DNA from: Amphiscolops sp. MND2022 | Taxonomy: Eukaryota | Reading direction: 5' to 3' | Length of the DNA stretch: 64,000 bases | Assembly (NCBI GenBank): GCA_964187785.1 | Contig: OZ076409.1 | Location: 33,420,001 to 33,484,000 of the forward strand | In this document: positions 23,801-36,100 of the stretch, one piece after another | Layout of the letters: every line of letters starts with the position of its first letter | Position numbering within the stretch: position 1 is the stretch's first letter | Made by a program: the position numbers and the translations under genes | The notes under the pieces: generated by a model | Told to the model about the DNA's origin: nothing | The model's database searches: none | Seen by the model: only the letters and a program-made list of their open reading frames with translations

Positions 23801-26800
23801 TTTTCCTCCTTTCCGTTCTGTTTTCCGTCAGACGATAGAGGTCCGATGGGTCTATTCCCGCCTCCGTTATTAGTCGACGCCAGTATTGAGGGGTACTATT
23901 GCACTTTTTTCTTTGTCTATTAACAGTTTCCAGTAACGGGATCCATCCCTGGACTGCTCGTTTGGCCGGGCGTTCATCGCTGAGTCTCATTACATGGCCA
24001 ATACGCTGTAGGTTTTTTTTCGACTTTCTATTGGACCGATTTTATTCCCAGGAGGTTTCTTATGTCTTGCATGTTCTGGCTGGTTCTCTGCATTGTTTTG
24101 AGGGATGCTTCTTTGTGACTGTTGGGGCATCTCGCTTGAAGGTCTTCCAGGTCTTGACGATATTCTTCAATGGCTTCAATTCCATGTGTGCTTACTGGTT
24201 GGTAAACTGCTATCAGGACCAGGTCTTTGATATTGATGTATGTGGCGCGGGGTTTGAACTCCATCGGTTGGTTTCCTTCAACCCACTCGTTGAGAGCGCT
24301 ACCACGGAGGATGATACGACACCTCTGTGAATGGATAACTGCAGTCGTTTCCTCATCTTTTCCAAGCCAGATTACTCCTGGTCCTTCTGCACGCACTTCG
24401 GATATCAGTGTAATCTCCCATTCCCGTTTCCTGATGAAACCGATAGTGCGTTTCAGTCTTCTCCGGTTGTTCTCTCTCACTGATACCCCTGAAGGTTCCA
24501 GGTTACGATCCGTTTTCTGGTTGAGGTTGTTGTGGGAGACGGCTTTTCCCTCTTTCCGAGGCGTTTCTTTTTTCTTCTCTCGTTGCGTTCGGCTTTCCGG
24601 TTAGGGGTTCGTTCCGATTGGGGTGTATTGTCTCGAGTTGCTTCCTGACTAGCCTCTCACAGTGGAGTTCCTGCATCACGGGTCCGAGAGGGCCCTCGCC
24701 AATTGAATTTTTGAAAAGGACCGTTCCTTTTGCGTTCGTCTTCTTCTGGTCTTCTTGAGACGAGAATTTGTCTATCCAGTCATTTTTGGTACTGGTGCCG
24801 CATTGTTCCCGCTTTGACCAGTTCAACTCGTCTATCCACCGGTCAAAGGGTTTCAGGTGCGTTGTCCTTTTGTCTGACTCTTCTCATGATAGTGTCGTCG
24901 GCGCTCCAATGGTATTTTAACCTACCATCTCTGGAGCTTATCCGATTTTGGACAACAAGGATTGTTGTTATTGTCGCTCATTTTGTTTGATGGAGTGCAT
25001 TTCGCATTAATGTAATTATGCTGATTAGCGATCAAGGTAAAATTATCATGGCTGTAGTTTTGTTTGCAGCGGCGCGTACCAGTTTGTGTGCCTCGCGTAT
25101 AAAGCATGTCTATAGTAGTGGTGGCTACAAATCCGTCCGATACGGCTGTTTGCCGTCAATAGTTGCGCGATGGCGTTGATTACGAGCTGTTTTTCGTAGG
25201 TTCCTTCCAGTTCCGCGTTTTCGGTAAGCTTTCGGCTATTGAAGTCCGCAAACTTAAATTCCTTGCCTGCCGTGTACTTGAGTGTGGCATCAAAGTATTT
25301 TAATCCATCACGCTACCGCGTTAGTCGGGCGCTGTAAGGTTTGTTTGTTTTATTTTTCTCCAGCGGTGGTTCTAGGGCTTGATGGTCAGAGCATAAGTGG
25401 ACCTGTTTCCCGTGTAAGTGGAATCTAAACTTCCAAATCTTAACTTTCCAACGTTCCAAATCCCAGGCCACGGCGGATAATTTCAATTCAGCGACCGAAT
25501 ACCGTTGTTTTGTTTCTGTCATAGCCCTGTTTCGAGGCTAGTATTGCAGGCGTCCGTTGTTGATCGGTTAACTTCTTTTGTTACCGTTGTAATGTACAAA
25601 GCATGGTTGTGATGTTAGTTTGTTTTTGATGTTGTTGAATTCAGGGTTTCGTTCTTCGTACCATTCGGACTTTGTTCCCTTTTTTAGACGTTGTCCCATG
25701 TTGTCCGTCGTTTTGGATAAATTTGGAATTAATTTTGAGAAGTATTCCATTGCTCCAAGAAATGATTATAGTATCTTGGTATGTGTTAGGGTTAAGTCTG
25801 TAAATAGCTTCGGTTTTTTCTTTGTTCGGTGTGATACTGTTTTGGGAGAACGTATGGCCCAGTCAAGAAGTTTCGTTTAAACAGACTTTCGGTTTTGTCT
25901 TGCTGGCTATATAGCCTTCATTTTTGATTTTTGTGTTCGTGTGCACTGAATCCAATTTCGGGGTATTTTCTTCCATCGTGCCGCGGGTAACGACAATAAT
26001 GGTCTTTGGTGTCCGAGTGCGTGTTCTTTTTTATCCTGGAATGTCTTAGGTATGTGTGCTGGGCCTCAAAATCCCTTTAGGAATAGGTGGTAATTTTCCC
26101 CCGTAATGATGAAGGTACAATGTTTGCTAGTTTCTGGTGCTTGTTTTATTTGTCCGAATGGGTAGAAAAGATCTATTACAGATATCCAGATGGAATCGGA
26201 GTCGCTCCTTGATAGTTCGGAATATATTTGATTGAGTAGTTCACCCATTTTGGACTTATGTGGTTCCTTTTTCATACAGCTTTCGTTCTCAGTTTTTGAA
26301 TATCCAGTGCAACTTTAACGGATTCGTTCTTTTCTACCGTAATTACAACGGGTGACACAAAACAATTTTCTTCGATGGTTTCTAGTATTTCCAGATAACT
26401 GTGTTTAATTATTCGGTTTAGTTCATTCTTTACGTCGTCTTGTTTGTGGTATGGTATACCTACTTTCACTTCGGTGCTTTTGAATGTGTGGTTTGTCGTG
26501 AACCGTTTGTAATATTTTCTGTAGACGTGTTTTGATTGGTCCGTTTCCTTGTCCAGTGAATTCTTGTTTTTAGTAATTGGTAATTGTTTTAGCCAGCCAA
26601 CTCTCGCCCAGTGGTGGTGTATTGTCATTTTTTTGGTAATTGATACCGGTATTTTGGTTGTTATGCTGTTGTATACTGTGTTCATTCGAATCCTTCCGGG
26701 GTAACAGGGAAGCTGGTGTCGATGATAAATTTGTATTTCTTTCAGCTCATTTCTAATTCGACACCGTAATGATTGGTTTTGTCCGGCATTTTTCGGTTTA

Positions 26801-27170
26801 TTCTTCGGGTTTACCTTCTTTCTCTTCTTCAGAGCTTGCATCTTTGATATAGTTCAATTTCCTGGGGTCGTTGTTGTTCTATTTGCTGCTGCAAACCCGA
26901 GCAAAAAATCCGATTTTCTGGCAATTCTTGCGTTTCATGGCTATTGCCGGGCATATGTGCTGGGGGTCCACATCTGTTGTCCGCAGAATCCGCAGTTATT
27001 CTTCTTTTGCGTCGTTTTGTAGTTTGTCTTAGCGTATTTCCGACTTTGTCTTGTTTGTCTTATCTGGATCGGTTTTTGTTTGCTTTCTTTCCTTTTGCCA
27101 GTGCAGGTGGTATCGTGTATTGTCCATGCCGTTGGTCGTAGCTATTTTGGGTTATTAATTCTGTCGTTAA
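20899..27170 (-). mobile_element. Decayed Ty3/Gypsy element (Gypsy-2), 5'-truncated, with nested LINE
   Basis: Putative 3' LTR edge at 21087 (TGTGACA on minus) preceded by a purine tract. Minus-strand gag knuckle (~26900-26990), protease (FIIDTSFPVT ~26710), RT (CFVSPVVITVEKNESVKVALD), RNase H (YSVAELKLSAVAW, SDHQAL) and integrase zinc-finger/core (22100-22990). Outer limits approximate. Confidence 0.8.
23243..24726 (-). mobile_element. RTE-like non-LTR retrotransposon, RT domain deleted, with C-terminal zinc fingers
   Basis: APE motifs IVTWNLQG, ITLISEVR and LIAVYQP joined directly to a post-RT region (RIGHVMRLSDERPAK..GW), then CxxC..H..H/C fingers and a (GAA)n 3' tail. The Gypsy-2 linker sequence resumes on both sides. 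Confidence 0.75.
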
Positions 27171-27179
27171 CTGTTTCAA

Positions 27180-27397
27180 AATTCTTTTTCAGTCTGGAAT
27201 TGGGTTTTCGCAATACATACCCTCAATTAAAATTTTTAAATATTTTCAAAAATTTTGTCGTCATTTCCGGAGTAAAGCGCTATGTCCCATCTTCTGACGT
27301 TATATACGAGGTAAATTACGTTTCACTGAGGAGAAGACCTAGGATCGATTTTTTGAGTCTTAGATAAAGCGCCGAATTTAAACGTTCCCTTCTTGTT
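27180..27397 (+). mobile_element. Family A element, degenerate 3' fragment
   Basis: TTTTTGAGTCTTAGATAAAGCGCCGAATTTAAACGTTCCCTTCTTGTT end; start approximate. Confidence 0.5.
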
Positions 27398-27890
27398 TGT
27401 TTTTCCGATGCCATAAAATGCTCAGAAAATGTTTGTGTTTTGTGCTAGCGTTCATTCCGTTGTTTTGTAATTTTTATACACCTAAGCGCAGATAGCAAAT
27501 TCAACAGCGGATGCAAAATGGCTGCTAACAGCGCTTGGTTTAAGAAAACTTGACTTTTTTGTTTTGACAAACCTGAAAAAAACCCAAGTAAAAAAGCGTA
27601 GTTTGAACAATTTTGCAGTTTCTTTCGAACTTCGGGTGTTACTGCAAGTGTGAAGATCTAAAAAAGAGGTACAAATTTTTGGAAAGAGGATGAGAACGTC
27701 TTGAAAGAGAAAGTAATTGGCAGAGAAACCAGAAGTGAAACGACAACAACGAATAGTCGGACCCGTTTTACTTAGAGCGAAAGTCACAGCATGCTTCAAG
27801 TCCACCATCAGTTCTCCGCGTGGTTGAAATAATGGTACTGTAGTTTGCTTCAGAGTGATGGTATCGAGAATGGTACCAGTTTGGAAGTTG

Positions 27891-28575
27891 AACAAGCCGG
27901 GACCGCCCCAAGTCGGCGCCATATCCAAGGCTCAAAAATAGCAAAAAGACTTCCAAGTGTCAAGTATTCGTTTACAGTAGTCGAAAATCGAAAATTTTTC
28001 GAAATTTTTTTTTGAAAAAATTACATACTAAAAAAATGGACCGAGTGGCGCGCCGGGGCTCGCGGTAGCTAACGTGGCGCGCTAACGTCTCACAATGCCG
28101 AAAAACTGAAAGGGGGGACCCTTTGAGGTTTTTCAACATCCATTCTGTCGCAAAACATGAAAAAATTGAGGAAAAATTTTTTTTTTATTTTCGGGATAAA
28201 ATCTCACAATGCCGAAAAAAACTGAAAGGAGGAACCCTTTGGGATTTTCCAACATCCATTCTGTCGCAAAACATCAAAAAAATGCAGCAGGGAACCCTTT
28301 GAGGAAAAAAATTTCGAAAAAAAAATCCGAAAAAAACTGTCTCGCAGTGCCGAAAAAAATTGAAAGGGGGGACTCTTTGGTCTCGCCCGGTATGATATGT
28401 TACGCGGAAAAACAGGTAAAACCATTTTGGTCCAGTTCGCTAGGCCAAATGGTGCTATTTGACACCATAATATTTTGTAGAACTTTTAAGAACTATTTTG
28501 GTCAGTTCGTGTGGATAGAAAAAAAAAGAGTCACTATAATAGTCGCGTTTCACTTCATGAAGCGCCGACTAAAAA
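27891..28575 (-). mobile_element. Helentron/DINE-1-like element, family A
   Basis: Reverse complement of family A ends (AACAAGCCGGGACCGCCCAAGTCGGCGCC ... GAAGCGCCGACTAAAAA). Confidence 0.85.
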
Positions 28576-28832
28576 CGTGCGAATCTTTGATCCCGCTTAT
28601 ATCGGGAGTTGACGTTTTCTACTTTATTTTCAAATTTAGAGTTTTTGGCATTCGGGTTGCATTTTTGGAAAAGTTACGTGGGTACTGGTATCGACACAGT
28701 GCAGCGATAAACAACTAGATACTTAGCGTGTTCTTGACTGAAGTGTTGTATTCCAAAAAGGGATAAGATCAATAAAGAAGTGTCAAAATGTTTTTTAATT
28801 CAAAATGTTCATGCGAAATGCTAGAGGAGTTT

Positions 28833-28871
28833 GGGGCGGAAAATATCCCGCTTGTCGGCGGACGTCTTGTT
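28833..28871 (+). mobile_element. 3' end of Helentron/DINE-1-like family B element
   Basis: GGGGCGGAAAATATCCCGCTTGTCGGCGGACGTCTTGTT matches the family B terminus at 41959. Confidence 0.55.
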
Positions 28872-30420
28872 TTTTTATCAGTAGCTTTGGAGTTAAGGTG
28901 TAAGGTTCAAAATGTTTCGAAATTTTTTGAAAGTACAATGTCACATAACTTTTTAAATTCTACTGAGATTCCAGAACAGCAAAGACCATCGTAATTTTGA
29001 TCATACTCTGAGAGATGTTTGAACTTGAGATTTTAAAAAAAAAATAGAACGCTTGTGCCCGCAATTTTAGCTGTCTTTAGATTTTGGAACAATGGTTTTT
29101 AATGCGAGCATAGGCTACCACAGTCTATCGTGGATAAGTTGGTGAGGTGTTGATTATTGATACTGCTATTGTGGCTTTTGGTTTCGTTTTCTGGTTTATT
29201 AAGAACTGGGTTAATTCGCCAAGATTGTTGAATGTGCCACGTTGTATCAAATGATCTAATGCTAACTAGTGTGAAAAAAGCGTTTCAACTTGGAATTCAA
29301 ATTGTTTTTTCCCTAGAAGAGTTATCATGTGCCAGCTGTACTTTTCAGCAGTTTAAAATGGAGTGTATAATTCACAGTTACTTCTATCACACTTTTCTGT
29401 ATACCACGAACTTTTCTGTACTTTTTAAAAACATAGCGGGGTACTTTGATCTTGAACGACGCTTTGAGCCAAAATTAGGCTTCAAAAAGTATTCCAAATT
29501 CTGTTTACCGTTTTTGTTTGATTTAGTTCAAATTTTATTGTGCAACATAACTTGCAGGCAGCTTATATGAAGAACCTTTGAGCTTGCATGCATCTTTGAG
29601 GAGTCTTTCCCACAGGTATTCCAATCAAGAGGAAAATATTCAGTAGCTTTGATTGAATGAAAAGGAAGTCGGAGCTCGAAAAAATAGTTCATCGAAAAGT
29701 AAATTGGATCTATTTGAAACCGCCTTACATCACTGTTTCCCTAAACCTGGGTGATTGCTGATGATTGCTTCTTTTTTATATAAAATCAGACCCACCCCTT
29801 GACCTCGGAGTTGTTTCAGACAAAACGACAAGATCACAAATATCACGCATTTTGAGTGCAAATTATGCACTATACAATACTTTTACATTCATAGGCTTGA
29901 CTTAAAATTAATTGAAAAGGTTGATCGTTATAGGCCTCAAGCTAAAGAAATCAAAGGATCTTATGAACAATAGCCCCCCTAGACACCTTTTTTGAAGAAT
30001 AGGCCTCCCAGATATGACCTTTTGAAGAACATCACCCCTCGAGTCATTCTGCAAGAATTCTTTGTACTTTCAAAAATATAACCTTGCGCCCAAAAACGGA
30101 GGTGTTTGTAATAATAATTTTTTGGTGCTAATAGTTTTCAACAAACATAATATTACCTCATTTAAAATCTTTGCGATCTGGTGCTACATGAGGCCCGAAA
30201 TTCGTTTTTAAAATGTCACTCTTTGAAGTACAGACTCCCACCCGAACTTGTCGTTCATGAGATCTGAATCAAAGAATCATACGAGATAAAAGAAAAATAT
30301 GATGTGGATGTACGCATTTTAGAAATTTAGTCATTTCGATTTCCATTCATGGTATTACCACAATTGCTACCAAAATTTTGGAAAATAAAACAGGCGGCGA
30401 TTAGCATAGAAATATCAAAA

Positions 30421-30660
30421 AGAATCCTGCAAGTCTACTGTTTTTCGGACAAAACCTGTCCCGATCTTGCAGACGAGACATTACAGCAAGCCCATTTGAT
30501 TCTGACTGGCAAAATCTTCAAAGAAACGTTCTGGTCTTGCGTCTTTAGAATTTTTCGGAATTTTGTTCAAAATGGGTCCCAGAATCAAATGGGCTTGCAG
30601 TAATGTCTCGTCTACAAAACAAGGACAGGTTTTGTCCAAAAATAGCTGACTCCAAGATTC
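30421..30660. mobile_element. Foldback MITE-like element with ~80-bp imperfect inverted arms
   Basis: GGACAAAACCTGTCC..AGACGAGACATTACAGCAAGCCCATTTGATTCTG mirrored by CAGAATCAAATGGGCTTGCAGTAATGTCTCGTCT..GGACAGGTTTTGTCC. Confidence 0.6.
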
Positions 30661-30728
30661 GTTCCGATAATTCGAACTTCAGCAAAATTTGCAAAAAGTG
30701 TATGAGTGTTCAACTAGGATGGTCAAAA

Positions 30729-30851
30729 AAATTCAGAAACTGGAGTAATTTCAGTTTATGATGTTCAATTGACATTCAAGAAGACACCTTAGGGTATCTT
30801 CTTGAATATCAATTGAACATCATAAATTGAAATTACCCCAGTTTATGAATT
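30729..30851. repeat. Imperfect palindrome (~60-bp arms, almost no spacer)
   Basis: TTTATGATGTTCAATTGACATTCAAGAAGA mirrored by TCTTCTTGAATATCAATTGAACATCATAAA. Confidence 0.8.
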
Positions 30852-32435
30852 CTTTTTCATTCCTTTGTAGTTTTTGAAGAATTCTTTATGAAGTATTCTT
30901 ATGTAGTTTTATATTGACTTAAGGTAAAGGTCGCGACTTCTCTAGCTAGAACCATTGAAGATTAAAAAAACATTACAACTTATTCGGACCTATAGTTTTT
31001 TTGCATCTTTTCACAGGATCTTTTTAATATTCATTTGATCTGCAATTAATTTGCTTTCAACTGCATTCACGAAACTTGGATTAAATTGTCAAATCTGTGA
31101 AAAGACGCACTCCGTTGGTTTGTGAATACGACAACAGATTTTGAGAAAAAAGATCATTAACTTCGTTGACCTGAATTAACTCAGTTTTACTTTCACTCAG
31201 TTTTAATTCACTCAGTTTTAATCGTTCACACTCGACTTAAATCGATAATTGTCGTATTGTTCATAAAATCAATCTATGGAGCAAATGCAGCAAAAAATTA
31301 AAACTGAGTGAAAATTGCCAAAAGTGGCACATTGTAAGTTTTATTCAAACAAGAGACAACTTTGACCATTAACATTCAACAGAATTGATGCCAAAAGAAT
31401 CAATAACAAATTTTACGAATTATTGAAACCATGGACATTAAGGAAAGGTCTTTGAAAAGCTTTTTAACTGTGTGGTAAATTTCGGGAATGGAGGGGTGAA
31501 TTAAGGAAAACATGCAATTTTTGGTTCCTTCCGAGATTTAACCTCTACAGGATTTCGTCCTCAATTGAAGACAAAAATTTTTTGGCAATCAATAAAAAAA
31601 TTAAGAAACGCACAAAGCATATAGGAAAACGAAATATTGTCTTTCTTATCGACAATCTATTGGACTATCAGGGGTGAGTTGTTATTTGTGTCAATATAGT
31701 TTTTTTCAGAGCCACTGGCAAAAAAGTGACTGGAGAAAAGTGAAAATTTGAAGAAAATGACATTTCAGAAAATTCACTTTTTCTCAATAACCAAGCAACT
31801 GTTTGCTAAGTTACTGTCCCACTCTAGTAACACAATAGGCCACCAATGAAAACGCACATAGAAGTTTTTTCAATGAAGCTTCAGTTATGAATTCGACTGG
31901 CATATGAAAGGACCGGCGAAGCGGAAAACCAAACTGATTTGAGCTGCGGCTATTATTCGTGGAGAAATGAAGCTTTGAAAGTTTTGCCAATTTTTTGTCA
32001 ATTTTCGACTTCTCAGCGTACTGTCGAGGTTAAGCCAGTTACTGTTTTTACTGTCAGACCCTGAGAATTTTTTAGAGAACCTTGGAAAAAACTGGCGAGA
32101 AACCGTTTTGCTTCTTCGAACATCTGTGCATACTTTCATGATTTGTATTAAAACAACACAATTACTTTCTATTATATTTAGCCATCTAACGCCAAGTTCT
32201 AACAATCTTTCGAATAATTTCTAGCGTTTAGTACTTTTTGGACTGCGATGAATAACTCCAACTCTACACTAGCAAGAGTTCCCATAGCAATGCCATGAAA
32301 CTGATATACCATAGGTACCCATGATTCGCTATCGATAATTCAGCATGGTCTATTCATAGAACCTTGCTTAAAATCCAAAAAATTCAAATTGATGTTTGAA
32401 TTCAAATGACATGCAAGAATGGCACAATTTCTTAC

Positions 32436-32700
32436 CCAAGCAGACAGGGCCGCTGAATTGTATGAGTTTGCAGGTGATGGACCCCCCGAGGATCCAGCTG
32501 TAGTGTATGTTATATACTGCGAGGGAGGCTGTGTTGAAAACTGTGACCAGCACGTCCGAAGTTGCCAAGTTCAAGATGAAGTAGTTGGTCTGAGTTCGCA
32601 GGTTTTTGTTGCTCACTATCAGCCAGATCATACACGAGTTGCCAATCAGAGATACGATGATGAGAATGGCAAACATCACGTACGCTAACCCGATCTGCCA
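32436..32700 (-). CDS. Internal exon of a class A (rhodopsin-like) GPCR, neuropeptide/tachykinin-receptor-like, TM1 to start of TM3
   Basis: WQIGLAYVMFAILIIVSLIGNSCMIWLIVSNKNLRTQTNYFILNLATSDVLV...WILGGSITCKLIQF: GN (TM1), RTxTNYFxxNLAxSD (TM2), WxxG..CK (ECL1/TM3). Acceptor TTGTTCCAG and donor G|GTAAG; 265 bp, phase 0 to 1. Confidence 0.9.
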
Positions 32701-33139
32701 CTGGAACAAAAAGCATTTCCTAAATTCATGAAACACATATCAACAATCCAGTAGATGACAAATATATAACCTAACCAATTTCCTTTAAGGAGCACTTTAC
32801 ATCCTAACTATAAAATCCTAAAATTAGAAAAAAGACCTGGAGCTTATTGTGAATTTATTGAAATGTCGAAAATAGTAACACTCAAGACTCTTCTGTTTTT
32901 TAAAAAAGTAAGTTTTGGGTAACATATTCTGTTGGTTTTTAACAACAAAAACAACAAGTAGGATCCTTGCATCTAATTTGCTCCTAGAATCATAAAATCA
33001 ACTCCATGAGCATGTAAAAACAGAATGAGGCAGCTATCGCATACCGAACACACCCTTCAAGTTGCATGCATCGAAAGTGAAAAATCAATCAGCAAAAAAA
33101 ATATCTCGTGTTGAATTCAATGTTATTGTTCTTATACGG

Positions 33140-36100
33140 TGTAATACCGATACCAAGGTATTCGGTTCAGATACTGTCAAACTGTCAATCAATCTGATTT
33201 CCAAATGTGCAATAATGATTCTATTTATGTTGGTACATATTTATATACATTTTTACAATATGTACATTAGATTAGTTTAATAGAGAATCATTAGTATTTA
33301 TTTTTGCATAGACATCAGTTGGTACCAAATTGAAGACTTTATAGATACCTCATCGTTTTATCGAATCCTCCAAATAGAACATGGCGCAGTCAGCAATTCA
33401 TTTTATTAAGTAACATTATTTTACTGAAACCAAGAAGATGACGGAAGAAACAAAAATTGAAGTACCAAACTACGAAGCAATCACCGAAGGAAGGAAGACA
33501 TATACATCGAAACAATGGCTTGAAAGATTTCAGCAAAACACGAAGAGAAAACACAAAATAGACATAGCAGAACTGATACGGAGAACCGAAATGACAAAAA
33601 CCGGTTGGCCGGAAAAGCAAACAGAAGTACATGAAGATTTCATCAGGGGCATTGGCCCAAAAGCATTGTATCAAATGACACGGGCAAAATACAAAACTGA
33701 ACCGGACAAAAAAGAGATCAAAGACTTGATACGACTATTCAACGCGTACTTCTTACCAAAAAGAAATGTGTACCACAACGAGGGGAATGCATCTGGACAA
33801 AGCAGACAGAAACAGAAACCCCGGAGGAATTCTGGCGGAGGTTGATAGAAATTGAATTAGAATGCAACTTCGAAATTATATCAGCCGAAAAACTACTCAC
33901 CTCAAAATTCATGACCGCAATTACGGACAAAAAACTCCGAGACAAACTAATGAAAGAGAAAAAAGCCGAATTGAAAAAGACGGTTGAAATGGTAAAACAA
34001 AACACTTACGAGTGGAAGAAAAGCAAAAACACAATACCGGAAGCACTGATACTCAACCAAGAAAACGAGGTTAAAGAAGAACCGATCCAAAGATTGGATA
34101 AAGATGTGACAAAACCGAAAAATTATTTCAAAAACAACAGACCGTGTAAATTCTGCAATGCACCGAACTGGAACCCAACACACATGTCCCGCACTAGAAC
34201 AAACATGCAATAATTGCGGGGGAAAAGGGCAACTTCGCGAGAGCCTGCAGATCAGACGGAAGCAACGGAAGTGAACCGAGAATGAGAACACAGCGATTGG
34301 AGAAGAATCCGACGAATCAGAATCCAGCAACTACAGAATTGAAAGAATCAACAGAATAGTAGTCAAAAACAAACACCTGACAATGACCGTGAGAATAAAC
34401 GGAACAGAAAAAGATTATATAAAAGATACCGGATCACCCATCACAATAATGCCGGCAGACAAAGTAAAATTGAAAGGAACAGAAATAAAACCCCGATATC
34501 AAGACGCAAACAAGAACGAAATTCCGCGGAAAGATACCGGTAGACATCGAACACAAGAACAATAAACAAATATGCAACTGCTAATTACCGATAGAAATGA
34601 CATAACGCCTTCACTCGGAATGATCTGGCTAAAAAAACTCAAGTTAACAATTGGAAACATCCGAGTGGACGGGAACAACAAATCAGAAAAGAGAAGAGTA
34701 ATCAGTAAACTACCGGGTTTATTCAAGAACAACACCACCATCAAAGATGCCAAAGTTAACATACAACTAAAAACCGGACATTATCCGGTAAAACAAAAAG
34801 CAAGACCGATACCGCTACACCTCGAGAAAGCAGTCGGAAATAAATAAAGCAGGGCACCTGGAGAAAGTGAACAAGTAGATGAAGATTATTTTGTTTCACC
34901 GGTAGTTATAACGGTAAAGAATGATAAATCGGTAGAAATTGCTCTAGACTCACGTAAACTAAATGACAGTTGTGTTAAAAGTCGACCGCACATGCCAAAT
35001 ATGGAGGAACTTCTGAACAAATTTCGGTAGATAACTCAAGATATCGAAAATTTACGTGGACTACGGATACGGCCAAAAGAGGAGAAACAAGCCGACAATG
35101 AGTATTTGCCATAACGGAGGAAATTTAGCGGATACTACCGTTTCAAAAAAAGATTCTACAGGTTGGCCGACATCCCCACAATGTTCCAAGAAAAAACCGA
35201 AAAGTAGAATATTTGACACCGGCTTTGGCTGGATGATATAATAGTGGTAACGCGAGGAGATAAAGAAGAACACGAAAAGAAACTATTTGACGTGCACAGA
35301 AAATTAGAAAAACCCGTTACCGAGCAAGCGCGAAAAAAACTAAATTCCTAACAAACAAATTAAATTGCTGGGACACGAAATCGAGGAAAACGGAAAAAAC
35401 GAATAATGAAAAAGTGAAAACAATACTGGACCTGAAACTCCCGGAAAAACAAAAACACCTGAAAGCACTCCTCGGAGCGATACAAAATCTAGAAAGTTTC
35501 TACCAAGACTATCGGAACGAACCGATAGATTACGACAGTTACTAAAGAAAAACACCGAATGGAAGTGGGCAGAGGAACACTAACGAGACTTCACAACTAT
35601 AAAGGAAAAGCTCACCGAAGAGCCGAGAATAGCACAGTTTGCGAAAGATAAAGACATTATAGTAACCACCGACGCAAGCCAAACCGGCCTCGAGATAACA
35701 TTGTGGCAAAAGCAATGGGACGGCGAAATGAAACCGATAGCATTCGGAAGTAGATTTCTAAATGACACCGAAAAAAACTGTTCAACCGGAGAATGAGAAT
35801 TACTAGCAGTTGTTGGGTGATTAGAAAAATCCGATTTTAGCTATACGGAAAGAAGGTGTATTTATATACCGAGCATCAGGCTCTTGATCCGCTATTTAAT
35901 TGAAAAAGATGCAACAAACAAAACAATGCAAGAAAACCAACTAGCACACTTTGATATTGCTATACAAGATATAGCCGGAAGCAACCTGAAATTCACTGGT
36001 TTTCTTAGCAGAAATCCGGTATACGGCGCTTCGACCGGAAACGTATACGATGAACAAAACGTGATAAAAATTATCAACAAGCCGAATTGAGTTTGAAATT

